Assembly (NCBI GenBank): GCA_963775685.1
Contig: CAVZJV010000003.1
Coordinates: forward strand, 1 to 49,736
Origin: Candidatus Bathyarchaeota archaeon
GTDB taxonomy: Archaea; Thermoproteota; Bathyarchaeia; Bathyarchaeales; Bathycorpusculaceae
Length of the DNA: 49,736 bases
Direction of reading: 5' to 3'
Position 1 is the stretch's first letter. Each line of letters opens with the position of its first letter. The notes under the pieces were generated by a model that saw only the letters and a list, made by a program, of their open reading frames with translations, was not told the DNA's origin and did no database searches. Below are positions 25,999-36,833 of the stretch, piece by piece. A program made the translations under genes and the position numbers.

Positions 25999-28068
25999 CT
26001 AAGTTGCTTTCAGATTTACCGTTCCCTTCGTGTAAGGCACAAACTCGCGGATCTGTTCAATGGATGTTTTTCTTGCTTTCTCTCGCTGCTCCTTAGGCAG
26101 CTTTAGCATAAGGGACTTGAGAATTTGCTTGAGCAACTCTTTGCCTGCTAAATCGCCCGGAAGAATTACAATGTAAGATTTAGTTTTTGCCTTAACCGCC
26201 TCCACTGGGCCCCCAACAAAACTGGTTTCTTCCCCAACAATTATGCCGACACCAACCCGAAGCGGCGTGTTCCGCATCCAATTACGCTTGCCAACCACAA
26301 AAAACGCACCATGAGGAACCGACTCGCCCGAAGGACCACTCTTGCTTAACTGGTCAACTTTTACCCAGTAGACATCGGCTGTGCCCAGGTTTTCTCGCCA
26401 ACCCCTCGAGAAAGAAGCAGCGAACTCGCCCGCTTCACGAAGCGCCTGCTCACTTATCGGTTTGCCCTCTGCTTTGATGACGACAAAGGGTGAACCTGTG
26501 ATTTCAGCGTGAAAAACCACATCTTCTTGTGTGGTGTATTTTTTTATGAGAACTTCGTTGCTGACGGTGTCTTTGCCTGCAACAACTAAAAAGCCATCTG
26601 AGGATATATACCAGCGGAATTTTTCATACCACTCTTTGTTCTCCATCGCCACTTTACGTTTAGAAAGTGCCTCCATCATTTCTGCTGGCTTGAGGCTTTT
26701 GAGCTCTTCCGCCTCAGCTAATTCACGCTCGATTTTGGCGAGTTTTCTCTTAGAATCCTGAAGGGCAAAAAGGGCACCCTGAGCTTTCTCTTTAGCTCGT
26801 TTGCCGCGCTCATAATATCTGTTAGCGTTATCGAAGAGGGAATCTCGCAAGTTAAAACTGAAATGGAAATTGTCCATGCTAAGGTTTAGAGCAAGGTTTT
26901 TGCCCTCAAACCCTTCAACGTAAGCGGCAGGTGGTTTGCCTGTTTTCTTTGCAGCCAAAACGGTCGTGATGATTGTTTCCCAACTGTGTCCTTGAAGGTT
27001 TGCTTTTAGAAGGTTCTCTTGAAAGGTTTGGAGTTCATTGAAATGAGCGTAAACGGTGTCGCCGACGAGTTTGTCTCGTTCAGATTTAACTTCATCTTCG
27101 CGAATGGATTTTTCTTGCTCTGCAACCATGCGTCTTAGCCGTTCAGTTTCTTTTTGTAACTTGTCAACTTCGACACTTGAAAATGCCTTCTCAGCGGTGA
27201 TAACTCGCAGGTAAAACTCGTCAAGTGCACCATTAAAAGATTCGTAAGTTTGGGTTTTGCAGTCTTCGTACCTTTTAAGTTTGAAGGGCACAACATCGAC
27301 AAAGTTGTCCTCGTTATCCAAGATTATGTTGGGTTGAAACTTGCCCTCTAAAACTGGCGTAAGAAGGCTTTGAAGCGCATCAAAAACCGCTTTCATCTCA
27401 GCAGATGTCAAAGTGCTGGATGGCTTGGTTTTATCCACGTTTGACCGTAACAAAAGCTCTTCAGCGTACACTCCACCAATACCCAAAAACCGTGCTAATG
27501 CCCTTACAACTTCTGCTTGCCCCGCGTTTTTGAGCGCTTCTTCCACTTCATCTTGAGTTACTTTGAAAGGGTTTTTGCCGCTTGAAGGCGGAAGTTGAAG
27601 AACCACGTTGTGGAGGATGTCGCGGTCACGCATTTTTTTTAATTCTAAAGCCTGAATAATCACGTCTTTCTCGTTTGTCAAAATGATGTTTCCCTCGCCG
27701 AAGAGTTCCACCACTAACTTGAGCAAGCCAGTTTTTGTGTCAAAGTAAACGGTTACGATTCGCTCAAACTCCGTTTGCTCAATTCCCCTCAACCAAGAAT
27801 CCCTCAGATACTTTCTTAAGGTCATACAAAATGTTGGTGGCTCAGCTGGGTTTTCTTCTGCGTAACTGGTAGAATGAATTCTCCGGCCTGCCTCTATCAC
27901 TAGTCGGATTGGGGGTTTGTCAGTTTTGTGAAGTTTGAATATTAGGGTTTTTTCGTTGAGTTGGTAGATGTTGTTCACCCGCGAATCGGCTATTGTTGTT
28001 TTTAGTTCTTTGATTGCTGCTGCAATGTCAAAGCTTGAGAAATCTTTTTTCCGCAAGACATCCACCAA
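25999..28068 (-). CDS. rqcH: Ribosome quality control protein RqcH / NFACT (NEMF homolog)
   Basis: FCM.LRKYL, ELFGEGNIIL, NANRYY, WYEKFRW, GKD..SNE, FHA...GSP and GAF.V.GKRN motifs. Confidence 0.93.
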   Translation of the reverse strand: MVDVLRKKDFSSFDIAAAIKELKTTIADSRVNNIYQLNEKTLIFKLHKTDKPPIRLVIEAGRRIHSTSYAEENPAEPPTFCMTLRKYLRDSWLRGIEQTEFERIVTVYFDTKTGLLKLVVELFGEGNIILTNEKDVIIQALELKKMRDRDILHNVVLQLPPSSGKNPFKVTQDEVEEALKNAGQAEVVRALARFLGIGGVYAEELLLRSNVDKTKPSSTLTSAEMKAVFDALQSLLTPVLEGKFQPNIILDNEDNFVDVVPFKLKRYEDCKTQTYESFNGALDEFYLRVITAEKAFSSVEVDKLQKETERLRRMVAEQEKSIREDEVKSERDKLVGDTVYAHFNELQTFQENLLKANLQGHSWETIITTVLAAKKTGKPPAAYVEGFEGKNLALNLSMDNFHFSFNLRDSLFDNANRYYERGKRAKEKAQGALFALQDSKRKLAKIERELAEAEELKSLKPAEMMEALSKRKVAMENKEWYEKFRWYISSDGFLVVAGKDTVSNEVLIKKYTTQEDVVFHAEITGSPFVVIKAEGKPISEQALREAGEFAASFSRGWRENLGTADVYWVKVDQLSKSGPSGESVPHGAFFVVGKRNWMRNTPLRVGVGIIVGEETSFVGGPVEAVKAKTKSYIVILPGDLAGKELLKQILKSLMLKLPKEQREKARKTSIEQIREFVPYTKGTVNLKAT

Positions 28069-28223
28069 TGTATTGGAATCTATAGACCTTGACTATAAAA
28101 TAACCGTTTTCACCCAAAAACAGCAAATTTTGGGGAAATGAGGCTTTGGGTGGCAGAAACGATTAATACTTAGACATCTTTTTTAAGTAAGAACAAAATA
28201 TAAACAGCAAGGATTCGATTTAC

Positions 28224-28535
28224 ATGACACCTGTCGTTCAACTTTACTGGTTAAGAGTAGTATTGGGCATGGTTGCAGGAGCCGTAACAGCGTCTATAGC
28301 TGCGTTGTTTGGAGGAAGTGCAGGGATGATTGACATAACTACCCTTGTAAATAGCATCACAGTAGCTCTACTCATCTACTTCGCATCATACTACATCCTG
28401 AGAGGTTACTACAAAAACAAGATAGAGAAACAATCAAAGATTCTAAGCACAGCAATAGGAATGTACTTCTTCGCGTGGCTATCCTTCTTTGTCCTGTTCT
28501 ACACAGCATTTCTGGCATTACTCGGACTCACATAA
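28224..28535 (+). CDS. Small 3-TM membrane protein (EMC6-like)
   Basis: YWLR..LG, three TM helices and AIGMYFFAWL.F.VL.YT. Confidence 0.6.
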   Translation: MTPVVQLYWLRVVLGMVAGAVTASIAALFGGSAGMIDITTLVNSITVALLIYFASYYILRGYYKNKIEKQSKILSTAIGMYFFAWLSFFVLFYTAFLALLGLT

Positions 28536-28543
28536 GAAAAAAA

Positions 28544-29011
28544 TTATTCTTCTTTATCTGTGGAGCTTTTTAGAAAATTAGCAATAGTTGCTTGGCTCTT
28601 ATCGCTTCGCAATGTTTCAATTTTTTCTTCCTCTCCAGAAGCTTTCCCGCTTCCACTCTGTGGAGCAGGAACGTCCATACGAGTAATGATACGCATGCAA
28701 TCTGCCCAAGCCGAAAAGTATCCGCGGTCAAAATCGCCATGCAAACCGTTGCCCATGTGCGCCAAGAACTCTTTTCGGTAGGTGTTTAGCGCTACTTTGT
28801 CAGAAAAATCCATTTTTGAAAAGAAAGCATAGTCGTCGTTTGAGCTTTTACGTGAAAGATACATGCCATAAAGAGCCCTAAAGTATCCTCTGTTCCACTC
28901 GGTTTTCTGCATTTTCTGTTTAACTCTTTCCAATTCCCGTTCAGACTCGGCAAATTGCCTATTGACTAATAGCTGGAAATATCTGGTGACTAAAGCTTGT
29001 GAAATCGGCAT
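28544..29011 (-). CDS. Hypothetical protein in an operon with radA
   Basis: 155-aa ORF 2 nt after the radA stop; internal repeat WNRGYF.AL / FDRGYF.AW. Confidence 0.75.
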   Translation of the reverse strand: MPISQALVTRYFQLLVNRQFAESERELERVKQKMQKTEWNRGYFRALYGMYLSRKSSNDDYAFFSKMDFSDKVALNTYRKEFLAHMGNGLHGDFDRGYFSAWADCMRIITRMDVPAPQSGSGKASGEEEKIETLRSDKSQATIANFLKSSTDKEE

Positions 29012-29013
29012 AC

Positions 29014-30048
29014 TTAGCGTCCACGCGGTTTCGTTGCTTTCTCCTCTTCAGAGACATCCTCTATTCCGTTCTCGGTTACTTTAAGGATTTCCTCTCCTTC
29101 AGGCAAATACGGACTTGAAACAAGCCTTGCGATTCGGATTGGTCCATGGGATGCACGTCGAAGATAGATGCGGGTGTGACTGGTGTGACCGACGATGTTT
29201 CCGCCGATTGGGTGGATAGCGTCGCCGAAGAACTGGTCGGGTTTTGCCATGACTTGATTGGTTACGACTGCTACGGCGTTGAATGCTCGTGCTAATGCGA
29301 TGAGTTTGTGCATGTGTTTGTTGAGTTTTTGCTGTCTTGGCGCAAGCATTTCTCTTCCGACATATTCGCTTCGGAAATGCGCGGTTAATGAGTCCACTAT
29401 GATTAGTTTGACGTTGTTTGCTTTGATTATTTCATCTGCGTTTTCGAGCAGGAACATTTGATGGTCAGATGTATAGGCCTCCGCGTAAATGATTTTTTTA
29501 ACGGCTTCCGCTGGGTCTAAACCTGCAGCTTTAGCCATCTGAACTATACGCTCTAGCCTGAAAGTGTTTTCGGTGTCAACGTAAAGTGCTGCACCGTTTA
29601 ATCCTCCTTTTTCTGGAGGCAACTGGACGTTGATGCATAGTTGATGGCACATTTGGCTTTTTCCGCTGCCGTACTCACCGTAAAACTCAGTTATGGTTTG
29701 GGTTTCTAAGCCGCCATCCACGATTTTGTCCAAAGCCTTGCTACCTGTACTTACCCGAAGGACGGTTTGACGCATTTTGAAGAGTTCGTCAGCTCTGATA
29801 AATGAGATGCCAATGGAGGAACGTGCAGCTTCGATGACTTGGAAAGCTTTTTTCTCGCTTACTCCGACTGGTTCAAGTTCTCGACTAGTTGCCATAGCCA
29901 AGGATTCCACGGTGTGGTAACCTAGTTCTCGGAGTTTCTGTGCAGTTGCTGGACCAACTCCCGGTAGGTCTTCTATGAACTCGTATTTTTTTCTGTTTGT
30001 TTCCAGTATGGATTCTTCTTGTGGTTGTGCGTCGGAGTCTTTTGACAT
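29014..30048 (-). CDS. radA: DNA repair and recombination protein RadA
   Basis: HhH EDLPGVG, GEYGSGKSQ, DTENTFR, DSLTAHFRSEY.GR..LA.RQQKL and GGNIVGH motifs. Confidence 0.97.
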   Translation of the reverse strand: MSKDSDAQPQEESILETNRKKYEFIEDLPGVGPATAQKLRELGYHTVESLAMATSRELEPVGVSEKKAFQVIEAARSSIGISFIRADELFKMRQTVLRVSTGSKALDKIVDGGLETQTITEFYGEYGSGKSQMCHQLCINVQLPPEKGGLNGAALYVDTENTFRLERIVQMAKAAGLDPAEAVKKIIYAEAYTSDHQMFLLENADEIIKANNVKLIIVDSLTAHFRSEYVGREMLAPRQQKLNKHMHKLIALARAFNAVAVVTNQVMAKPDQFFGDAIHPIGGNIVGHTSHTRIYLRRASHGPIRIARLVSSPYLPEGEEILKVTENGIEDVSEEEKATKPRGR

Positions 30049-30369
30049 TATCTTCACACTTTTAGTGTTGATGTATGATAAGGGATATTTAAAATAAGCT
30101 GAAAAACATGCTGCGGTTGCAGTGGAGGGGTGATTGAAAGTGAAGGCGTGTAATAGTTGAGATTTTTTGTCGTCTCTTATGTAAGGTCAGATTTGTCATA
30201 AGTCTTGTCGTGACAGCTCACAGAGACCGACCCCTCACTTATAAATAGAAAATCAACTCAGAGAAGAAGTCCTATTATTTTGATAAGCTGTGCTAAAGAC
30301 TGGTTTGGTTCAGGGCGGGATTACGCCAATCCGCGAGAATTCTTCTTTGAGATTGTCTTTAATGTGCCT

Positions 30370-30483
30370 TTAGACTCTGGCATTTATTCGCATATTTGTC
30401 GCCGCCAGAGCTACACCAATTAAAAGAACAGTGAAAAGTTTCCAAGTGCGGAACACATGTTTCATTGAATATAGAAGCAGCAC
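30370..30483 (-). pseudogene. Possible N-terminal remnant of an FtsX-like ABC permease
   Basis: MLLLYSMKHVFRTWKLFTVLLIGVALAAT resembles permease first-helix motifs (from memory) but stops after 37 aa. Confidence 0.35.
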
Positions 30484-30607
30484 AGCCAATCAAGCCCATA
30501 TTTGAGGGATTTTGCTTTTAAGTCAATTTGTTAGACAACAAATCTCCATTATTCAACCGCTTGGTAGGCTAGAAAGAATTAAATCGTGAGCCTTCCTCTA
30601 CTAGCGC

Positions 30608-32003
30608 ATGAAAAGTTTTCTTGGCTACCTTACAGCAGAAAATATGAGCTTATTCACCGACTACTACGAGTTGACGATGTGTGCAAGTTACTTTGACAAC
30701 AAAAACTTTGAGCCTGCAACCTTTGACCTCTTCATTCGGCGGCTGCCAGAAAACCGAAGTTACTTCTTGTTCGCAGGCTTAGAAGAAGCGTTGCAGTACC
30801 TTCAGAGCATCAGAGTTTACCGAGGAGCATTTAGATTACTTAAAAAAGCAAGGCTTTCGAAAGGATTTTCTGAATTACCTTCGAGGCTTCAAGTTCACAG
30901 GTGACGTTTGGGCTGTTCCTGAGGGCACTGTGGCTTTTCCCAACGAACCCCTGAGTCCGCGTAACCGCCCCAATTATCGAGGCACAACTCGTCGAGACTT
31001 TTCTTTTAAACGCCATTAACTTGCAAACTATGATTGCTACCAAAGCCTCACGTGTAGTCCATCTGCCTAAGGCAAATCAGTAATCGAGTTCGGATTACGG
31101 CGAGAACCAGGGATCGACGCTGGGATGAAAGTGGCGCGTTCAAGTTACATAGCGGGGTGCCAGGGAACAAGCAATGTTCTCGCAGGGATGACTTATGGAA
31201 TTCCAGTCTTTGGCACAATGGCACACTCATTCATAATGTCCTATCCCAAGGAAATCGACGCTTTCCGCGCATTCACTAAGACTTTCCCAGATAAATCCAC
31301 TCTCCTGATAGACACCTATGACGACATCGCAGGAGCAGAGAAAGCCGCTATTGTGGCTAAAGAACTTGAAACAAAGGGCTTTAGGCTTGGCGGCGTTCGA
31401 TTGGATAGCGGCGACTTGGCAGAAACCAGCAAAAAAATCCGGAAAATCCTCGATAATCATGGTTTGGGGTATGTTAAGATTTTTGCTAGCGGTGACTTGG
31501 ATGAATTCAAAATCACGGAGCTCCTCAAAGACGAAGCAAGGATAGATGCATTTGGGGTTGGCACAAAGATGGGTACTTCCGCCGACCGTCCGTATCTGGA
31601 CGTAATTTACAAACTCTGTGAAACCCAGGTAGCAGACGGCAGTTTTTCTCCTATAATGAAGTTGAGCAAAGGCAAAATTACGTTGCCTGGACGAAAGCAG
31701 GTTTATCGGTTCAAAAACGAGGATGGCAGCTTCAAGAAAGACATTATTGGGTTGTCGGATGAGCAGGTTGAGGGTGTGCCTTTGCTTGTTAGGGTTATGG
31801 AAAAAGGCAAACTTGTTTTTACTTTTCCAACGCTTGAGGAAATCCGTGTTAGAGTCCAGGAAAACCTTCAAAAGCTCCCCCTGGAGTTTCAGGAGTTAAC
31901 GGATGCTCCAGCTTACCCAGTAGAGGTGAGCCAGCGTCTTCAAAATCTAATTGAAACAACCAAGTTACAACTAACCAAAAATGAAATAAATAATAGAGTC
32001 TAA
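30608..32003 (+). CDS. pncB: Nicotinate phosphoribosyltransferase; frameshifts near 30819, 30955 and 31065
   Basis: [40 protein letters not shown] and K.TLPGRKQ motifs distributed over several frames. Confidence 0.9.
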
Positions 32004-32301
32004 AATTGCTTTTAGATTGCCGTTTTCTTTTGTAGCGTTTTGTATTCCCGCAATGTAGTTGTTTCCACCTTGTCTACACTCTGGTTAATCCTGATCGAGA
32101 TCCTTCAAGTATTTACATTTATAAAAAACCAATTACACTTCTTTTGTAGACTATGTAACAAACCTTTTTTCTCGCCATTTAAGCATTCGTACCATTTTAG
32201 GGCATCTCTGTGCAGTTATTCGCATATTCTGTGCGGATATGGCAAACCCTTAATAGTCATTTTGAAAAACCTTAAATGCTATTCAAAAAAGGGGAAACAC
32301 G

Positions 32302-33498
32302 ATGGAAAATCGCCCAGCCATAGTTGCTGTTGGCAGAACTAAGTTTGGAGAGCACTACGGCAAAGAACCGGAAAAACTCATTGAAGAAGCTTGGCTTGCC
32401 GCTTCAAACGAATGCTGCTTAGAACGCAAAGATCTGGAAGCTTGTTACATGTCTGATTGCTTTCTTCCCATCACCAACAAGTTAGGTCTAGAAGAAGGCT
32501 TTCTCTCAGAATTAACTGAACTTCATGTCCCCATGGAAGTCACCCGCTCATTTAGTGCGGCGTTAGTAGCGGCTTGCCATGCCATTCAAGCGGGTGTCTA
32601 CAATACGGTTCTGGTAGGCGGTATCGAGAAAATGACTGACCGCTGGGACAAAATCCGCGATGACCTTATGTTGCTTGATGACCCCTGGAGCTATTATGCA
32701 GGTGGAACACCTGAATCTAATCATGAACTCATGCTTCGTGCCTATATAAAAAAACATCATATAACAGGCGAAAATATAGACAAGCTTAATACGGCGTTGG
32801 CAGAGGTTACCGTTAAGAACCATGCGAACGCAACCAAAAACAAGTTCGCCCAGTTCCAAAGAAAAATTACCATCGACCAAGTCATAAACGCAAGAAAAAC
32901 AGCCCATAAACCTTTGGGACTCTTCGATTTTGCCCCCGTCTCAGATGGCGCCTCAGCCCTTATTCTCGCCAGCGGCTCAACTGCAAAGAAGATAACTGAG
33001 CGACCAATTGATGTTTTAGCGATTGGCTCAGCAACCGACTACCTTAACTACCCCAAAAGAGAAGACCTGTCCCATTTTGTTGCAGCTGAATACGCAATGA
33101 AAAAAGCCTCCCAAATCAGCAAAGTTAAACCCTCCGACCTGCAGATTCTCGAGGTCTACGACCAATCTACAGTGATGGAGATGGTTTCTCTGGAGGACTT
33201 GGGTCTTTGTGAGCCTGGAACCGCTTGGGAAAGCATCCATGGCTGCCAAAACTGTTACAACATCGGAGACAAACAAGTATATGTAAACACCGATGGTGGA
33301 CTCAAGGCAGACGGGAACCCCTTGGGTGCAACGGGCGGTGCACAGATATTTGAGATTTACCGGCAGCTGCGCGGTGAAGCTGACGAAAGACAGGTAAAAA
33401 TTGGCAGCGATCTACCTCAGAATGGTTGTGTTTTGGAGTTTGAGGGTTTCGGAACTAAAGCGTACGTGTCCATTTTAGGAGTGAAACAAAATGAGTAG
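32302..33498 (+). CDS. Thiolase-fold protein lacking canonical catalytic residues
   Basis: GRTKFG, GGIEKM, VKNH.NA..N..AQF, SDGASA and GGLK..G.PLGATG are present, but there is no CASG and EVYD/GNP replace EVHD/GHP. Confidence 0.85.
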   Translation: MENRPAIVAVGRTKFGEHYGKEPEKLIEEAWLAASNECCLERKDLEACYMSDCFLPITNKLGLEEGFLSELTELHVPMEVTRSFSAALVAACHAIQAGVYNTVLVGGIEKMTDRWDKIRDDLMLLDDPWSYYAGGTPESNHELMLRAYIKKHHITGENIDKLNTALAEVTVKNHANATKNKFAQFQRKITIDQVINARKTAHKPLGLFDFAPVSDGASALILASGSTAKKITERPIDVLAIGSATDYLNYPKREDLSHFVAAEYAMKKASQISKVKPSDLQILEVYDQSTVMEMVSLEDLGLCEPGTAWESIHGCQNCYNIGDKQVYVNTDGGLKADGNPLGATGGAQIFEIYRQLRGEADERQVKIGSDLPQNGCVLEFEGFGTKAYVSILGVKQNE

Positions 33499-35000
33499 TG
33501 AACCGATAGAGCGGCGGGTTTCGTATTTAGGCGATCGCTTAAAATCATGCCGTTGCCAGAGCTGCGGAAAAGAATACTTTGAGGTACGCGATTACTGCAG
33601 TAACTGCGGACGTAAAAGCTTCGGGAAAATGGACAGCATAGACCTCTTTTACGACAAGGGCAAACTGGAATTCTGTACCTATGTCAACGAACCCACCAAC
33701 AAGTTCATGAAGCTCTCCAGTTACGTTTATGGGATTGTTTCTTTCCACGGTGGCAAAATCCGTGTGCCCGCCAGGCTCACAGACCAATTGATTTGTGATG
33801 GTAAGGATGTGGATCTAGAAAGTCTCGAGGGAAGAGAGGTTATTCCTCGTTTCCGAAGACGCTACTCTGTTGGAAAAAACGATGTTATTCCAACGATTTC
33901 TTTAGCTTTTACTCTTAGCCGACGAATATTACCCGCATCAGGAGTACCAAGTAGTCCAACCTGGCAAGGAGTATCAGTTGCCTGGCATCGTAGGCTATGG
34001 TGCTTACACTTCTCGCTTTCGAATAAAAGAGCAAGGATTGGAGCGCTCCGTGCCTTTCATCGACGAAGACTCAGTAACAGCAGCCGTGGAAGCTGGCAAA
34101 CTTGCCCTCATCCATTCCGGGCTTGACAGCGCGTTGGTTGGAAAAGTCTATGTTGGCTCCGAATCGAACCCGTACGCTGTTAAACCGATCGCGTCAAAGG
34201 TGGCTCAGGTTCTTCAGCTTGGAGAAGAAGATGGCGATCTTCAGGGTGTTGATGCTGTAGACACTGAATTTGCCTGCAAAGCTGGCACAAGCATGTTTAA
34301 AGACGCATCCGCTCTGGTCAGCTATCCACGATCAGGAATAGAGTATGCAATGGTTATCGGAGCCGACAACTCCCAAGCAGCTCCGAGGGGATGTGCAGGC
34401 GGAGAGTTAGATACTTACGTGGGATACGGTGGTGCCTCTTTCATCTTCGGAAAACACGATGTAATAGCTGAAGTTGAAGGCTGGTACTCATGTACTTCTG
34501 ATACCCCTGATTTCTGGCGCAGAGACGGCGAACAATATCCCATGCACGGTGGCAGATTCACAGGCGACCCCGCATACTTCAAACACGTTCGCAAATCAGC
34601 TACCAAACTCATGGAACGCCTAAACATCAAAGCATCTGACCTCAACTACTTTGTTCCTCACCAACCCAACCCTCAGTTTCCAGTCCGAATCGCAAAAGAA
34701 CTCGGATTCAAAGAAGAGCAGTATCTGCCAGCCATACAGATAACGAAGTTTGGCAACACCTACTCGGGTGCCTCGCTTGTAGGTTTAGCAGCAGTGCTTG
34801 ACGTTGCTAAGCCCGATGAACGTATCTTGGTTGCAAGTTACGGTTCAGGTGCTGGAAGCGACGCATACCTGCTTAGGACAACAAGCCAGTTGCTCGATAA
34901 ACGGAAACGGCAAAAAATAAATGTTAGATTCCAGGCTGAAAACCCATTCATTGAATACGTTGATTACACAACCTACCGAAGGCTCAAAATGGGAATGTAA
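33491..35000 (+). CDS. DUF35 (Zn ribbon/OB)-hydroxymethylglutaryl-CoA synthase fusion; frameshift near 33915
   Basis: CQSC..CSNC DUF35 domain. The shifted frame gives the linker ADEYYPHQEY...QLPGIVGYG into HMGCS, which has DED, GSES, EFACKAG, HQPN, GNTYSG and SYGSGAGSD. Confidence 0.85.
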
Positions 35001-35110
35001 ACAAGCCAAACACTTTTTGCCTTTTTAAATGGGAATCAATGTATTGGGCTTGAATTTTAACAAATACTTAATAAATCCCGAGTAAGTGAGACATAGCCGA
35101 GGGCAAAAGA

Positions 35111-36418
35111 TTGTCGTTCCTACAGGATATATTGCAGGTCATTTACGCGCCTAAAAAAGCGTTCAAGTCAATCGTTTCCAACCCTAAATATTTAGGCGCA
35201 TTAATCATTCTTCTTCTTTTTATTGGCATCCAAATTGGGTATGAGTATATCCAGTTTTCTAAAACCTACACTGAGCAGACGTCTCCAGTGATCTTCTTTA
35301 ACGGTTCTGATTTAATTGATGAGTTACCTACTTACATTAACGCATCATTATGGACGGGTAGCTCAAATGTAAACTTAACCAATAATATCAACGATCCCTT
35401 CAACTACAGTGTATATTTGGCTGGTTTCGGTGCACCACCCACAAGCCCTGATGGCTACTACAGCATCTTTGGCAACAGCAGCCTACAAATGGAAGCCTCA
35501 AACACAAACAATGTTGTAGCAGCTTTGAGCAACACCTCCAATGTTGACTGCAGCGCCACGGGTTTTCAAAACATCTCTATGACTATAAAACTGGTTTCGC
35601 CTCAGTCAGTACCCCAAAACGCCACTATAACACTTTACTCGCTTAGTGACACAAACTATTACACTTATGATTTAACCCCCAAATTATCCGACTCATCAAC
35701 TTTAGGTCAATGGAATAACCTAACAATCTCGGTTGGTCCAAACGCGCAAGGGTGGACAACAAGCGGTAACCCCACCTGGAGCAACATAACCTCATTAGTT
35801 CTCAACTTCAATTATCCCGCAGGTTCAGACGTAACCATACGCCTTGGTGCCCTCTTCTTCCGTGGACTATACCTAACACCCGTCACCTATGGAAGTCTAG
35901 GACTGGTCATTCAATTCTTGCAAGTATTTTCTCTACAATTCATATTTACATGGTTTATCTTAACAGGGCTAATCTACGGATTTTGCCGAGTCCTCAAAAA
36001 CGCAGTTCTCTGGAAACCACTCTTCGTCGCCTTAGGCTTCGCAATGTTCGTTATGGTAATACGTGCAGCTGTAAACATAATTGCAACAGGCACCATGCAA
36101 AGTGCCTATTTCCCCTTCGACTTATCTCTTGGTGTACGTTTTGACCAATTCGCCGCCTTGTATTTCCCGCCTGAAGCAGTCAACTCATTATCTACTTTCT
36201 CTCAAAATGCCTTCCAAACTATCAATTCATCAACTGCAGTCTTTACCGGAATCGTGTCAGTGATGGCTTTCATATCCTACATCTGGCTTGGAGCAGTGTG
36301 CGTAATTATCCTCGGCGAACTTAAACCAGAGTTCTCACAGATGAAACGCATCGCCTTGTCAGCCGTCGGCTTAGCTCTAACTATCCTGCTGTTGCTTTTC
36401 CTAGTAGGAATCGTTTAA
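35111..36418 (+). CDS. Yip1-like membrane protein with a large extracellular insert
   Basis: VIYAPKKAFKSI at the N-terminus, multiple TM helices and an Asn/Ser/Thr-rich ectodomain with many N-x-S/T sequons. Confidence 0.65.
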   Translation: MSFLQDILQVIYAPKKAFKSIVSNPKYLGALIILLLFIGIQIGYEYIQFSKTYTEQTSPVIFFNGSDLIDELPTYINASLWTGSSNVNLTNNINDPFNYSVYLAGFGAPPTSPDGYYSIFGNSSLQMEASNTNNVVAALSNTSNVDCSATGFQNISMTIKLVSPQSVPQNATITLYSLSDTNYYTYDLTPKLSDSSTLGQWNNLTISVGPNAQGWTTSGNPTWSNITSLVLNFNYPAGSDVTIRLGALFFRGLYLTPVTYGSLGLVIQFLQVFSLQFIFTWFILTGLIYGFCRVLKNAVLWKPLFVALGFAMFVMVIRAAVNIIATGTMQSAYFPFDLSLGVRFDQFAALYFPPEAVNSLSTFSQNAFQTINSSTAVFTGIVSVMAFISYIWLGAVCVIILGELKPEFSQMKRIALSAVGLALTILLLLFLVGIV

Positions 36419-36539
36419 ACACCCGCCCAAACCGTTCCCACTTCCTTTTCTTCTTATTTTTTAGTTCGCCCCTACTAGTCAGCAAGATTTATATGATTGA
36501 AAGTGGAAAACCGTTATCGAATAGTTAGAGGGAAAGAAA

Positions 36540-36833
36540 TTGGTTGCAATTAAAGAATTACAGGACGGCATGAAGCGGGTTAGCGTTGAAGCCAAAGTTG
36601 TAGAAAAAGGCGACCCACGAGAAGTTAAATCACGATTTAAAGATGAAACTTACCGCATAGTTGACGCTGTGGTTGCCGACGAATCTGGAAGCGTTAAACT
36701 TACGCTTTGGAACGAGCAGATTGACCAAGTTAACGTTGGCGACAACATAAAAATCGAGAACGGCTACGTCACCAGCTTCAAAAGCGAAATGCAGCTGAAT
36801 GTGGGAAAATTCGGCAAATTGACCGTCGAATAA
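36540..36833 (+). CDS. ssb: Single-stranded DNA-binding protein (single OB fold, crenarchaeal type)
   Basis: DESGSVKLTLWNEQ, IKIENGYV..FK and QLNVGKFG motifs. Confidence 0.9.
   Translation: MVAIKELQDGMKRVSVEAKVVEKGDPREVKSRFKDETYRIVDAVVADESGSVKLTLWNEQIDQVNVGDNIKIENGYVTSFKSEMQLNVGKFGKLTVE

Noticed and set aside
30608-32003. Programmed frameshifting in pncB or DUF35-HMGCS
   Set aside because: There are multiple shifts without slippery heptamers, against a window-wide background of indels.
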